DNA of 64,000 bases from Epiperipatus broadwayi (Eukaryota > Animalia > Onychophora): NCBI GenBank assembly GCA_028023455.1, contig JAQFVV010000002.1:8060001-8124000 (forward strand), given 5' to 3'. The notes beneath the pieces were generated by a model. It saw nothing but the letters and a program-made list of their open reading frames with translations. It had not been told where the DNA came from and made no database searches. Made by a program: the position numbers and the translations under genes. Below, piece after piece: positions 10,737-23,769 of the stretch. Position 1 is the stretch's first letter. The number at the start of each line of letters is the position of its first letter.

Positions 10737-12497
10737 TATAACGAACCGCTTTGCCCGCGGAAGGGTCGTATTAGTAAATTCATAAAAATGGCTATGGTTA
10801 ACTTAAGATTTAACCTTATATATATAAATTTTTCCCTCTCTGCATGATCCCGGGCATATTTATGGATAGCGTGTTTGCTTCCAAGCGCCAAACCTATTTG
10901 CGATGAACAAATAAGAATTACACCGCGGGACTCTATAGATGCAGCATATACCCCGATAGCGACTCGATAGATATTTACTATCACTTTGCCTTTTCCTGTA
11001 ATTTAAGGGGGGAAGGGTGTTAACTAGCCTAGCTCATCTCAGGGGTGGTGGTCATTAGACCGTGGACGGGAACTATGGATTCCGACACTACTTTCTTTTA
11101 ACTGAAGGTGGATGGATATACATAACTAAATTTCTGTCTATCTAAAAAAAAAATAAACGATTATAGAAATCCCATCTTATCGATTAGATTTTCTCTGCGC
11201 AACAGGGGAATTCCCGTTTAATTTCAGATGAGTGCGCTCGCTACCCCACCCTAAATTCCTCCATACCGGTTGTTCAAGGTAGAGTATACGTTTTATATTA
11301 ATTATGAAATCTTTAGCGCTATAACTATGAATCTTATTAAGATAATATAAATCAAAGAATAAAAAAAAAAAGAAAATATTCACAGATATTCATAACATTA
11401 AAACAATTTATTATAAAATAAGAAGGTTAGGATTTATTTAATTGACCCGCCATTATTCATAACTCGTGCTTCATAGAATGTCAAGCATACACACACATAC
11501 GTACAGATTAAGCATTTTATTCTCTGGATCTTTATAGGCAACGCAACATATTATTAATGTTCTTTTACTAAATTGCTTCCCTGGATTTTGTAATTTGAAA
11601 GTTTTATTGAAACATGTTTTAAATATAGAGAATTTAATTTATTTCAAAGTTCCGATGGATGACGCAATCCGTTTAAGACTCGGATTGTGTTTTAATAGCA
11701 AATCAATAAGCAAATAATATAGTTCACGTTACCTTAACATTCCCGGGAATTTAGGCATTTCAAAGGTGTATGTCTGACGATGTCAATGGCTTTAAAACTG
11801 GACGATCTCATAGTTAGTTTCCCTGTAGCTATCATTGTTCCTTGCCGTCGATGACTGGAATTCGGCATTCTTTAACTATCCTTTTTGCAGCACATTCGGG
11901 ATCGTAGGGCAGGCCTTCATCGCCTGTCAAGTGAAAGGTTTTTACCCCACTCGATGCATGATACGTTTTCTTATTTTTCAATCTCGCTCTCTGGACCCCT
12001 GGAAGAAGGAAAATATCCCCTATTTATTTTCTTTTATATCCCCTCTCTTCTCGTCCTTTCCACGTCCCTTTCCGTGATTCCATCCCTCGAAATTCTCCGG
12101 TTGCGTCACCCAACCGGACTATGACTACGTCATCGCGGTCGCCATTGTACTAAAACCTGCGTTTGTATTTTAGAAAGATCTCATTTTGCTTTAACTGGCC
12201 ATCTACTTGAAATATATCAATCATGCACATATATATACTCGCATGCCACAAACACTCCAATAAAGCACGAGTTTTACGAAGTTTTTCCCCACTTTTAAAA
12301 TTAAACCAATAACAACTAGCTACAAATAAATATACGAATAACATACTGTTAATATTGAATTATTCCCACCACCATTTAATATTAGTATTTACAATTATTA
12401 ATAACTTTATTAGTTGATAGTGTTAGTAATATCTATATCCATTTATCTTGTAACTTTTGGCGGACCATTGGCTCTCCTCAGTCCGCATCTTGTTACA
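10737..12497 (-). repeat. 5' LTR (1761 bp)
   Basis: Direct repeat of 4466-6225, followed on the minus strand by the PBS. Confidence 0.97.
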
Positions 12498-12723
12498 TAG
12501 TTAAATATATAGTAAAGACCGCTAGATATACATTCCAAGTGAAAAGTACGCATAAAATTGTAAGTTTTTAAAAATTTTTTTTATTAATATTTATACTTAG
12601 ATATAGCTTATTTACAGTTACATACAGTGATTAAAGTTGGATACATTTAGTAGGAAAAAAAATGGAGTTAAGTTTTTAAAAATAGAGGGCGAAGTGTCAC
12701 GACCACTATAAGTCAGGATTACC

Positions 12724-12950
12724 AAAAAAAAAGTAATAAAAATAGGTAAAACTAATTGAATACCAAAATAAAATTATATTTTGCCTGCGGCACTACAGCA
12801 CTAAATAAATATATGTATGTGATCAAGTTTGATTGTTTACATTTGTATATCATTGAAATGTATGATCTAAAATTACATATTTCTTTTTTTTGAATATATA
12901 TTTATTTATATAAAAAAAGTAATAAAAAAATAAGTAATAAAAGTACTTGA
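12724..12950. repeat. ~177-bp tandem repeat, right part
   Basis: Continues the unit interrupted at 3388, with gatcaagttt...tttgtatatcattgaaatg at 12821. Confidence 0.85.
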
Positions 12951-12979
12951 ATACTCACTGACTTCTGGCTAGTTAGCAT

Positions 12980-13560
12980 CCATTTCAAATTTTAATTTCC
13001 TGAGCCACTTTCCACATTGACTGAACCCACTAGGATGTCATAAGAGGATAAACACACATAAGAAAACAAAAGGTCAACAATGACATTGACACCAAAAGAA
13101 ATTCAAAGTCAACTACTATATAAAAGAATGCACCCACATGTTCACAGAGATAATTTATGGCTATCTAGTCAAACATAAAATAAAGCCAACTAAGCAACAT
13201 AATAGTGCCATGAAATACTGACACTTTTTGTAAAGCAATAAGATATAGACTCACAACTGTATATATGTCTTGATACAAATGCAGAGATAGACTGTAAGCC
13301 TCTACACAACTAATTAAAAGTGCAAAACAAAAAGAAAAATGAAAGAAAAAATCCACATAACTTCTAAGTAGGGGATAAAGTGCTTGTGAAAACTCTGCCT
13401 GTAAGTAAACCCAGCAAAAATAAGTATCAAAACTTTTATTCACAGTATGAAGAACCATATATTATAGTAAAACAGACACGTCCTACTGCTTTTTGAGTAG
13501 ACATGAAAGGAGAAATTGGAGGCTCTTACAATGGTAGAATATTGAAACCATACCTTGGTC
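12980..13560 (+). pseudogene. Older Gypsy integrase C-terminal remnant (same GPY/F type as the young element)
   Basis: Translation HNF*VGDKVLVKTLPVSKPSKN...FYSQYEEPYIIVKQTRPTAF*VDMKGEIGGSYNGRILKPY parallels HLFKVGDWVMVRAQPVS...YEGPFPIVKCQGSNAFWVDTGSGVKGSYNARALKP in the young pol. Left boundary is approximate. Confidence 0.75.
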
Positions 13561-16500
13561 AATCAATATGAACCTATGACTCCCACTTCCTCCCTAAATT
13601 GTGTACAGAAAGTTAAAAGTGATAGGCAAATTATAGGATGATCAAAAAAAATGTATACAGGATAATGATAGTTATTTTATTTATGAGGGTATACTCCAGA
13701 TATATTCTGAAACATTTACTGAGATACCATGGAACTTACAATTTCATTTTGTGAGTTAATCCATACCACTCTAATTTTAGTTAATCTCAAAATCCAATAA
13801 GCCTCAAAAAGAGCAGGAGACAGATTACTAAATAAATTTGTGCCATCTATAGTAGACACATTATTGGTCTGGTTCAAGCTATAAAACCTTAACAAAAGTC
13901 CTATAGCAAATTCCCAAGCAGAAAGATGCTAGGCAGTAAGAAAAGAGAATACAGAGAAATAGAAGTGGAAAATTAGATGGATCATAGGGAGATAGGTTTC
14001 ATAAACAAAACAAAGTAATTTGTTCAATCTTGAGCCCACTTATTCATGAACTTAAAATTTTAATTAAGAAATAAAATTTTAACCCTGTAAGAGGGTAGTT
14101 GTGATGGTGACTTATAATCATACCCACACCAACCCCAACTACTTGTGATGTTATGTCCAGTCAAGATTTGTCTGAATAGATTGTTTTGCCAGCATATGAA
14201 ATATATGCTTTAATTTACTGCTTATCAAATGTGAGTAGTTATGCACACACACACACATATATATATATGCATAATGCTGTATTAGGTAACTGAAAAATAA
14301 GTTGCGTATAACCAGATCTTACATATATATTGAAGTGAAGAAAATCCCAATTGTTAAAATAAGTGAAACTAAACACAAAAATTTACTACATATATATAAC
14401 ACTTAATTTATGTTAAATATTTTGCATGTTACGAGTAAGGATAAAACAATGACGTAAACTATAATAAGCTGACTATAGTAACAATGAAAGGTCAAGTACT
14501 GTACCAAAGAACTTAGTATAAGAATGAGGTAATAATGCATTCATAATTTCTTGAATTATCATGATACTATGTAGACAAGACACATACAGCAAGTAAAAAG
14601 GAAATGAAAGATTTCATGTTCAAAGAAACAGAAAAAACACTGACTATAAAAGCAAATGCGATTCTAACCCTTTCTTCTTCAAAATTATAATTCCCTATAG
14701 AAAGCTAACTTTGTTTAAACAAGAGGTTTCGAACACCATATAAAACAGATACCTTTGTTTGAATATATTAACTTTAGCATGAGATTAGAAAAAAATAAAA
14801 CAATTTTTAATGTAAATAGAATAAGCAAGTTAACTTGAGCAATAGGAACTCCTAGAAAATCGTTTTAAAATTCTAAAAGAAATTGAAGCAAAATGTTTAA
14901 TCAAATGTGAATCCAGAAATATATATAGCCAGCATAGCAAATGAGTGGATAATTCAGTTTTTATTGTGTAGTTTTTTTTAACAGTGAACTGCAATTAATT
15001 TAAAATTTATATATATTGAATTAGTACGTTCTGGTTAAAGTTGTCGTCAGCGGGATCATTGATCTGCTAACCATGAGATCTGTATTTTCTACTTTAAAAT
15101 GCATGGAATGTTTGGGCAAGGATCGGAAGAAAACAGCTGGCAGATGCGGTGGTTTGGAATTCACAAGCAGCAATGTGTGATCTATATCTGTATGGAGGAA
15201 ATTGCTTAAAATGTATGAACTGTAATTTATGAAGAACTCCGTTGACTCACAAAATTTAATTTAATGAAATTATTTTGTTACGTCAGAATTTTTTAAATAC
15301 CTATGTACGTTATTTGTTTTAATTCTTATCACTTGGGAATTTGGAAAAGTTCATTTTAAAAGAGTGCGAGAAGGTTAAGTTTAGCTAAAATCTTTTTTAA
15401 AATAAAATTTAGGTTTATCCTCCTTCCTTAATACTTGACTTTCACTCATTATCTGGGCCTGAAGAATTTTACTTATAGCACATTAATTTCATCTGGCTTA
15501 GATCTTATTCAGTATGAATGGATTAACTCAAGAGTGAATCTTCTTTCCGGCCATGTTAGGAATTACATTTGACTTAGTAAAGGAGGGGGCCTTCATACAA
15601 ATCAATCTGCAACTGGAATAGGACTACAACCAATATATGTATCAAATGTAAATATAATTTAACCAGCTAGATTAGAGTTTGCTAAAACTATCTTATTAAA
15701 TTTTTTTATTATCACTTTGTATATAATGATGGCAACATGAATATCTATCATTGGGACATGTGTTTGATAACTTCAGTTTATTAAGTTGACATGATAGATG
15801 TCCATATTGACATTTAAACCACACGTATAAACATATTGTTATCTACATTTGTAAATACTATTTAAACTTTTGGATCTATTTAAATTTTTAATGTTATTTA
15901 TTTTTACAAAATGTTAAAAAATCTGTAGAATTGGTATAGTCTCTTTGCTTTATAAAATCAATCATTGCATTAATCAATAAAGCCAATGCCTTATGTATAT
16001 GCACACAAACACATCACTCTTTTATAATTATATTAGAAAGATCTTAAGTAAACGCACTTCACTAATTGTGACTTTTACGAGGTAGTCTAATTGTTAGTCT
16101 ATATAGGTATATTCCTGTTAATAGAGTTAAAGGTGAATTCTCTGAATTCAAATACTGCAGCATAACAGAAACAAAAGAGAGGGTGAGATGTGGATGAACT
16201 GACCCAAATTGCATCTAGATTTAATGAGTGTTTATCTGGTCTATTGGAGATAGGTGCAATCATAAGTTGTCTGCTTCATCACAGTCTCCAGTATCCTACC
16301 CAAAGAACCTAGGTCCAATCATAGTTAGATTGCCCCTCTATTTCATCATCTGACCGTTACAATATAATGATTAGGGATGGCTTAGCCAAATAATTATAAA
16401 ACTGAATATTAGCAAAACACAAAAATGAAATTGTCATTTTTTAAATTATTTTTTTGTAGGATTGATTTTTAAATTTAACTATAGGCAAACTAATTGTAAG

Positions 16501-17816
16501 TTTTAATTTGCATGCAATATATCGGTACATAATATAAGTAAATTGTTTTAAATCTTTACTTTATCAATATTAACAGTAAAAACGCTAGAGATCACTTATT
16601 AACAATTTTGTTGTCCTTTAATTCTTACACCTTATACTTTTAGAATTTTTTTTTCTGATTTCAAATTATTAATAAATAATTATATGTTAGATATTTGTCA
16701 TTAAAATACTTTTAATTTAAATGCATTGTACACACCTGCTATACATATCTGTTTTACATAATGTAGGATGGAAATTAAAATATCGTTTGGTCTCATAGGA
16801 ATCATTTATAAATATACACAATGTATTGTATGTGTTTACAATTTTATCATTATTTAATATTTCTTTTCAGAATTTAATTCAGTTTCATTAGAAATGTTTA
16901 TAAAGATAGATCACGCTGTAAGATTTTATTTATAATTTCATATACTAAGGGTTTTATATATATAGTCTATGATAAATGTTTATTGAAGTCTCAGGATTAA
17001 TGAAGATATAAAGGAAGATATTGAATTTAGGGGCCATAATAGAAGCCCTATCATAAATAATAAATCTAAAGAGTTCGTACTTGCAGTTCAAAAAAGTATA
17101 GTTTTAATCAAAAATGAAGCAAATAAATATCCAGCACAAACCAATATCTTAGTAAAATCTATATACACATACATATATTTTATATCACAACTGCCATTTA
17201 AACCCCCAAATCATAAACAAATGCATATACAAAAAAAAATAATTGAAGTAACGATAACAAATAATAACAGCATATATATAAACTTCCATATCAAACATTT
17301 TAAAAACAATAATGGCACTTTGATGGAAAGCGTGGATCTTTCCAACCGTTACAACATTCTTGCTAACAAAAAAAAAATGTATACAAGCAATTACATGATA
17401 ATGGTACCAGTAACTCCTAAAATTAATTATATATCTTCCCCTCAATTATTTATGGGTGGCCTTCCCCATTTAAATAAACATGTTTCAACAAAAACATGAT
17501 CATAAATAAATAAAATTTCTAAAACATATACCTATACAAAAGCACATAATTCTAAGCTCCTGTGGTTTCCTCCCAAAAATATATATACATATTGTGCCAG
17601 GCATTATTAAATGTCCATGCACAAAATTTGTTGTAATGAACATTACAGCAGATGCACATATAAATCCATATATATTAAGCAAAACAAATATATAAATGTG
17701 CTACATTAGTAATGGAGGTTGGGTCTGAGCAGTAGAATATCTTCTACACACACCAATTTAAATATTGTACACGTATAATAAATTCATGTATTTTTTTTAC
17801 TTTTCTTTTTTGTATA

Positions 17817-18856
17817 CACCTGGGTCTCTTTTTACGCGGACTTATTTAACACGATTCGTGTTTCACCGGAAGTTGAACTCCGATAATGCACTATTACTTT
17901 AAATAATAAATTTCGCACACTTACGTTATATTGAAAGTAATAGCACATTATTGGAATTCGACTTTCATCCTAGTAATTTCAATATTTTCAGTGCTTTATA
18001 ATAGTAAGATTTTATGCAATAATGAAATTAAAATCATGATTTCCACATTTTATGTATACACACATTAAATTTTACAAGATTATAATGTAAATTTGTTCAA
18101 ACATTGTGCGTGTTAATTTTGCATTTTAAATCACATTGTTTTTGCTTTTTAAAAAAGAACGTAATCAATTATTAATCATTTAGTGTTCACAAGTTTATTT
18201 TTAAAAGGTCAATAATAGCAGTGGGCACAATTAAATTTGACAATTAAAATCTGATTTTTAATTGTAATTAACAATTTAAAAATTACTTATGGCGACTTGA
18301 AATTAATGTGATGTGAAATTTGATTTTTAAACGGAATTGAAATTTAAAGACAAAAATAAGAGTTTAATTTTTAGTTGTTAATTTCATAAACAATTAATAA
18401 AATCATCATCTCAAAGATTAATTACTAATTATGTTGTCACCAGAAAACCATTGACACAACATGAGTGTGACATTGGCACTAGTTGTTTGCAAACAAACGT
18501 TTTTCAGCAAATAGCTATAATTAAAACGTGTATAAAAAAATGTAAATTACTGTACTGTAAATTATGCAGAAAAATATATTATTTTGAATAAAATTAAATA
18601 TTATAGTTAAAAAAGTTTGTCTTATATCAATTTTTTTCAAATTTGAAATTTTTCATTAGTCATATTTTATTTCCTTATTTTTTTTTTGCACGAATTTTAA
18701 AGTAATTTTACATTGGTGCTTTGCTTTTACGCGAATTTTGAAAAATCACAGACCGCACCCCCCCTTTTTCAATGTAAGTTACGTCTATTTTTGCACGATT
18801 TCGTTTGCGCGTGTTTTCTGAGGAACCTATCTATCACATAAAACAAGACCCAGGTG
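17817..18856. mobile_element. Non-autonomous Tc1/mariner-superfamily (pogo/Tigger-like) element
   Basis: TIRs cacctgggtctctttttacgcg / cacataaaacaagacccaggtg, flanked by TA on both sides (17815-16, 18857-58). Confidence 0.8.
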
Positions 18857-19359
18857 TATTTTGTATGATATATCATTTTATGTATTTTGCTTTTCTCTGA
18901 AAAATTCAAATAAAGAAAGGCAAACTTATTAAACAAATGAATCAAATTTTGTAACATATTAGTAAAATAAATAATTAAAGCAATTGTTCCAACATACTTG
19001 CATATATATAATTTTTTAATTACTTGGCTAAAAATTGTAATCTTATTCTCAAATCAAAAAAAAAAAAGTCTGCTTTTTGATTAAGTTTTTACCAAAGCAA
19101 TTAACATTTTTTTGATTTAACTTTCTTTGCCAGTGGTTCTAGGCGAGTCATTCAAGTAGTTCACCACTTAGGTTCCAGAATTCTCCAATCAACCAGCTAC
19201 TTAGAGATTAATTTATGGACAAGACTACTGCTAACATTTTTTAAGAAATCCATTATACAGTTCTTTTAAGAACTAATGATTTCTTAAGGATTTAATGAAC
19301 CAGTCAAGATAGCAAATGAACATTTAATAAAAATTATTATCATATACAAACAGAGGAAA

Positions 19360-19590
19360 ATATGAAGCAATCTACCAGAGTCCAGTAAAATGACCGTGGG
19401 GTAGACAACCAGCCAGTGCACCACCCTTTCTGTCCCAAGCCGCCAAGATGTGATCACACCAATTCCAGCTTCCCATGATGACAAACACTGCCTTGCCTAT
19501 ACGAGATGTAATCCTCACCGCCAGATTGACTTGAAGCCACTCAGTGCTGAGCCCAGTTCGGAGAAAATGAAGACGCTTACATAAGTTTAT
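19360..19590 (-). other. GC-richer coding-like island; weak candidate mononegavirus L (RdRp motif B) endogenous fragment
   Basis: Minus frame gives GKLELV*SHLGGLGQKGW, resembling W..HxGGxEGLRQKGW with about three codons missing. No GDN motif was found downstream. Confidence 0.22.
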
Positions 19591-21119
19591 TTTACAAATA
19601 TTGAAATAATTAACTCTGATATTTCCCATTAAATAATTTTTTTATTATTAATCATTTAAAAAAGAGAGTTGTCTCTCGCATATGTATATTGAATTTACGG
19701 TTATTAAGGCATAAATGATAAAGCTTTTACTTAAATCTTGAGTCAATTTTTCTATTTCAAATTCTAGTATTTTCAACAGAGGTTGCAATTAGATTTTTTT
19801 TGCTATTCGTTTTCCCTCATCATTACTCCTGAGATTTGTCATACATAAATATACTTGTGTATATATGCGCACATATGCTTTAAATGTTCGGTAAGTATAA
19901 TACTTCATGTTGAGTATTTTAAAATATTTATCTGTATATTCTTTTAAGTTATTTTTTGTCACTGCTGCACCTCATGATGTGTGCAAGGGATTTATTCATT
20001 ATAGATTCCCTGTAAGCAAGTCCTATAATAACTATATTTAGAATAGTAGTAAGTATATAATTGTGCTGCACATATAAGAATTTATTGTAAAAGGCAAATA
20101 GATACAGTACCTCAAGTTGAGTACTATATGGTATCTGAACTACGCCTTATTGACATGTTGAAAAATATGAAATATTTCATAGTGCAAATATACTTATGCA
20201 GAGTTGGTTGTTTTTTTTATTATATTTACTATCAATAAAAAAGGTTTTAAAGTCCTGAGTAAAAGTATATGCCTATATAACCGAAAATCTCATCTTAAAA
20301 CATCTGTATATCATATCACACAAAGTATAACTTATTTCTACAGGGTAAAAAAGGCTCAGACCACTTCCATTCTTTATGAAATATTGTATTATAAATAACT
20401 TTATGGGGTTTATCTATTTTCGTATTCATTTAAATTGTATTTATATATTTAAAAGCATCAAATATATATATGGGTTGTGATAATAATTCATTTATTTTTA
20501 TATTATTTTAAGTACGACGGTGGTGGGTATTTGGGATGAAATAAATATTTAATCATAATATTAAACTTGTTTCGTATTATTTATTTGATAAAATGTATTC
20601 TTTCCTTATCAACCACATACCTGTAATAACCATTTAACTTACCCAGTGAAGACCCTAGATGTAGAGTACTGAGCTAGCCACACGGGATATCGCTCTACCG
20701 GGGTGTTAGATCTTATTCTCATGCCCCTCTGGACATATGGTATTGCACACCCTCCTAGGAGGGGGAAAAATTCATTATTCTTTTCTAGAAGTGGTGCACA
20801 AAAGCTCTGTAAATAGACTTTTCAAAGGTGTGTACTTACCATAGGTTTCAAAACATTCAGGCATTCGAATAAGATAACTAAGGGTGTTTTTAACTGGCAG
20901 AGTCCTGTTAATTTACTCTTTCTATCAGTTTAGCTAGAAGTACCAATATATGAGTACAGACAATTGGCTAAATTGATATCCATTTCTTTCCCTGTTAAAT
21001 CTTGGTCACTTCATGCTCGGTGCAAGATTAGGATTAGAAATCCACAAGGGAGTATGGACCGATACAATATAGTTCTCGTACTTATCATACATTTAATCAT
21101 GGTTGGTACTAGGAACTCG

Positions 21120-23240
21120 TACTTTTCCCAAGAGGCTGTAAAGTCACCAGATAATGCAGTGGTTTGTAGCCAAAGGCAGAGGGTGCTAAGAATCTCCTGA
21201 TTGTGGACCCAGGTTGCCATTGATCTTATATTTGGGTACTTACAACTGCAGATCACTTTTAAGTGAATAAGATTGCAAGAATTGTCTAATATTAAATGGG
21301 ACATTATTGGACTTTGTGAAGTTAGAGACCAAATAACATTTTATGGGAAACTTTAATGATAGAATTGGTAAACAATTAAAAGATGAAAGCACTGTAGGTA
21401 AATTTGGTTATGGTGATAGAAATAAGAGGACAGACCTCTAGTTTGCAGAAAAACAATTTTATATTATGAATTATTTTTTTAAGAAAAATGTTAAACACAA
21501 AATGGACATGGGAACATCAGCACAATTGGATATTTTGGCTAACAAAAAATACATATTTCAAGACTGTAATGTTCTTAATAAATTCAACACACGAAGTACT
21601 CATCAATTAATAAGATACATACAAGTTAATGTAAACCTAGAAAGAAAAATTAAGAAAAACACTATTCATGGTCGATATCCCTAATCTGTAGAAAAATTCC
21701 AATGAATTTAATGTTTACACTTAAAAACTGCAACAAAAAAAAAAGCTGGTACAAAAAAGCAGCAATTGACCATTAAAATTTCTTGTAAGATGACAATTTA
21801 CGAAGAAAAGGAATGTGAAAATATATAAAAATGGTGCATTGATTGAATATCTAGAACTTTGTAGTGGTGTGAAAAATAATTGATATAAATATAATTGTGA
21901 ACTAGCAAGGAAAACTACAGAGAGGAATAAGTCACAAGAATGTAAAACATCTTGGTATTGGTAGGAAACTTATTTCTGCAATAAAAAATGATGTAACTAT
22001 TACTAACAGGAAATGATGTCATGAAATATGTAAATTATATAGAAGCAAATAACAAAAAAGGGCCTCCTATATCTTCTAAATTGCCCAGGACTTTAAATGA
22101 AATGAGATATGCAATTAAATTTACAAGATGGGAAAAGCTCCAGGTAATTGGAATTGATATCTTTGAAGGGAATAGAAAAATGTTTGATGAAGTTATATTC
22201 CAAATATCTAAATGATAAAGATGTACCAATTAATTGGAAGAATGCAGAATATTAATATTTAAAAAATAAATAAGATATTAGAAATTATAACTTGAATACA
22301 ATGAACTTTGGGTTTTAACCAACCAAAAGAACAAGATGAATTTAAGTGGTTTTAGCATAGTAGATGTCATTCAAATATTGAGAGAAGTTATAGAAAGGAC
22401 CTATGAATACAAGTTGCCATTATACTTTGGATTTGTAGATTAAGAAAAGGCATTTAATTCTTTAATTATGCATTGTTTCAGTGATTAAAGCATTAGATAG
22501 AGGTATACATCCAGGATAGTCATATTTTAAATATTTAATAAAAATGCAATAGCAACAATTAGATTACAGGATATTACAAAGATTAACATTGAAAAGGGTG
22601 TACAACAGGGTAACTCCATATCTCCAACATGTTTTACAGCAGTTTTACAATAAGTATTTTGTGAATTAAAATGGGGAGTAAAAGTAAATGGAGATTATTT
22701 AAGTCATCTAGAATTGCTGATGTTTTTACAAATGCTTTAGTTTTAAGTTATCAAATGAAAGATTAAAAGTAAATGATAGACTAAAGTAATGTTTAATGCA
22801 TTTTCTCAAATGATGGAAACATAATAGATGCAATTAATCACAGAACTAAGCTTGGAGTACTTTTGAGAGAAATAATTTAATATTAAAAACAAATATGCCT
22901 ATGTATTTGAGTTTTTAATGTTTTACTATTTCTTATTTATAGATCAGACTTGGACACTTAACAAAAGAGCAATTGACTTCAGACCACTCAATAAAGTATG
23001 GAGATGTTAGGAATAACAAGATGTTATTAACATCATTGAAAGAATTGAGACTGAAGTTAGGCTGGATATATTGTTAGAAAAGATAATAGGTGGGCAGTTG
23101 AAATCGAAAACTGGATTCCAAGAGATTGTAAGACATGTGAGATGGATGAAATAAGGAAGTATACTGGGGTGATGTGGAGAAGAGTCGAGAAATTGGATTG
23201 AACTTGAAGACCTTCATCCAGCAGTGGATAAAATAAAAAA
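21120..23240 (+). mobile_element. RTE-clade LINE remnant (APE + RT), heavily mutated
   Basis: GAKNL...IFGTYNCR, IKWDIIGLCEVR, GKFGYGDRN, KWTW, FVD*EKAFNS, KGVQQGNSISPTCF, VNGDYLSHL(RFADD), and GYIVRKDNRWAVEIENWIPRD...EIRKYTG. Confidence 0.9.
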
Positions 23241-23371
23241 CAATTTTTGAAAATGAACTCACTACTAGCCACTGATAGAGGTAGAATCAAATAAATACAT
23301 AGTACAATTACAAGAGAATGCTGAAATATACTTTCATAACAATATCCAACTCATATATAAAAATTAGAGTA

Positions 23372-23612
23372 AAAAAATACTAATTCACCAAGTGCATTCG
23401 GTACTGTATACCAAATTCATGGCAACTAATTTAAACCTAAATGATTAATATTCCATTGCATGCTTAATTGGCTATTCATATTACATTGATTAATGACATC
23501 ATTAGACTAGTGTCCCATTGAGCATACACTGGAACATTACCCATTCCATTTAAATTAGTCACCATGAATCTGCTATGCAATACCAGAAGTGGTTGGTGAA
23601 TTAGTATTTTTT
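23372..23612. mobile_element. Small foldback/MITE-like element
   Basis: Perfect 20-bp inverted repeat aaaaaatactaattcaccaa / ttggtgaattagtatttttt. A second near-perfect inner pair lies at ~23414-23435 / 23549-23569. No TSD could be assigned. Confidence 0.6.
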
Positions 23613-23769
23613 ATTTTACCATGTAATATTTATGTGTTGGATATTTACATTTGGAACAGAATTGATTTTATTTCATGATAAATTATATAAATTTAGCATT
23701 AGCGTTTTTTTAAAAAACAATATTACACTTTTTAAAAAATAAAATTCAGCAATATTGAAACAGACAGAT

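Larger units (their letters stand above)
4466..12497 (-). mobile_element. Young full-length Ty3/Gypsy LTR retrotransposon with long LTRs (Osvaldo/Ulysses/Woot-like; clade tentative)
   Basis: Two ~1760-bp direct LTRs, TSD TAGT (4462-4465 / 12498-12501; TAGTT is also possible), PBS, PPT and gag-PR-RT-RH-INT order with a GPF motif. No env and no chromodomain seen. Confidence 0.97.
3389..12723 (-). mobile_element. Merlin (IS1016/ISXO2-like) DNA transposon, ~1.3-kb deletion derivative, interrupted by the LTR element at 4466-12497
   Basis: Long TIRs: 3389-~3700 is the reverse complement of ~4386-4465 plus 12502-12723. The right terminus reads GGTAATCCTGAC and the left reads AGTAATCCTGAC. The TIRs contain ~100-bp internal repeats. 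Flanks are A8G (3380-3388) and A9G (12724-12733), consistent with the 8-9 bp TSD of Merlin. An internal transposase fragment is present. Confidence 0.85.

Noticed and set aside
15030-15250. GC-richer patch as a coding exon
   Set aside because: All frames close within ~50 codons, with no convincing splice pair or motif.
16980-17700. Several 50-90 codon open frames, some Cys-rich (e.g. QECCNGWKDPRFPSKCHYCF on minus, LFMGGLP on plus)
   Set aside because: No consistent exon chain or recognisable domain could be built. They are compatible with chance in AT-rich DNA. A translated search would settle it.
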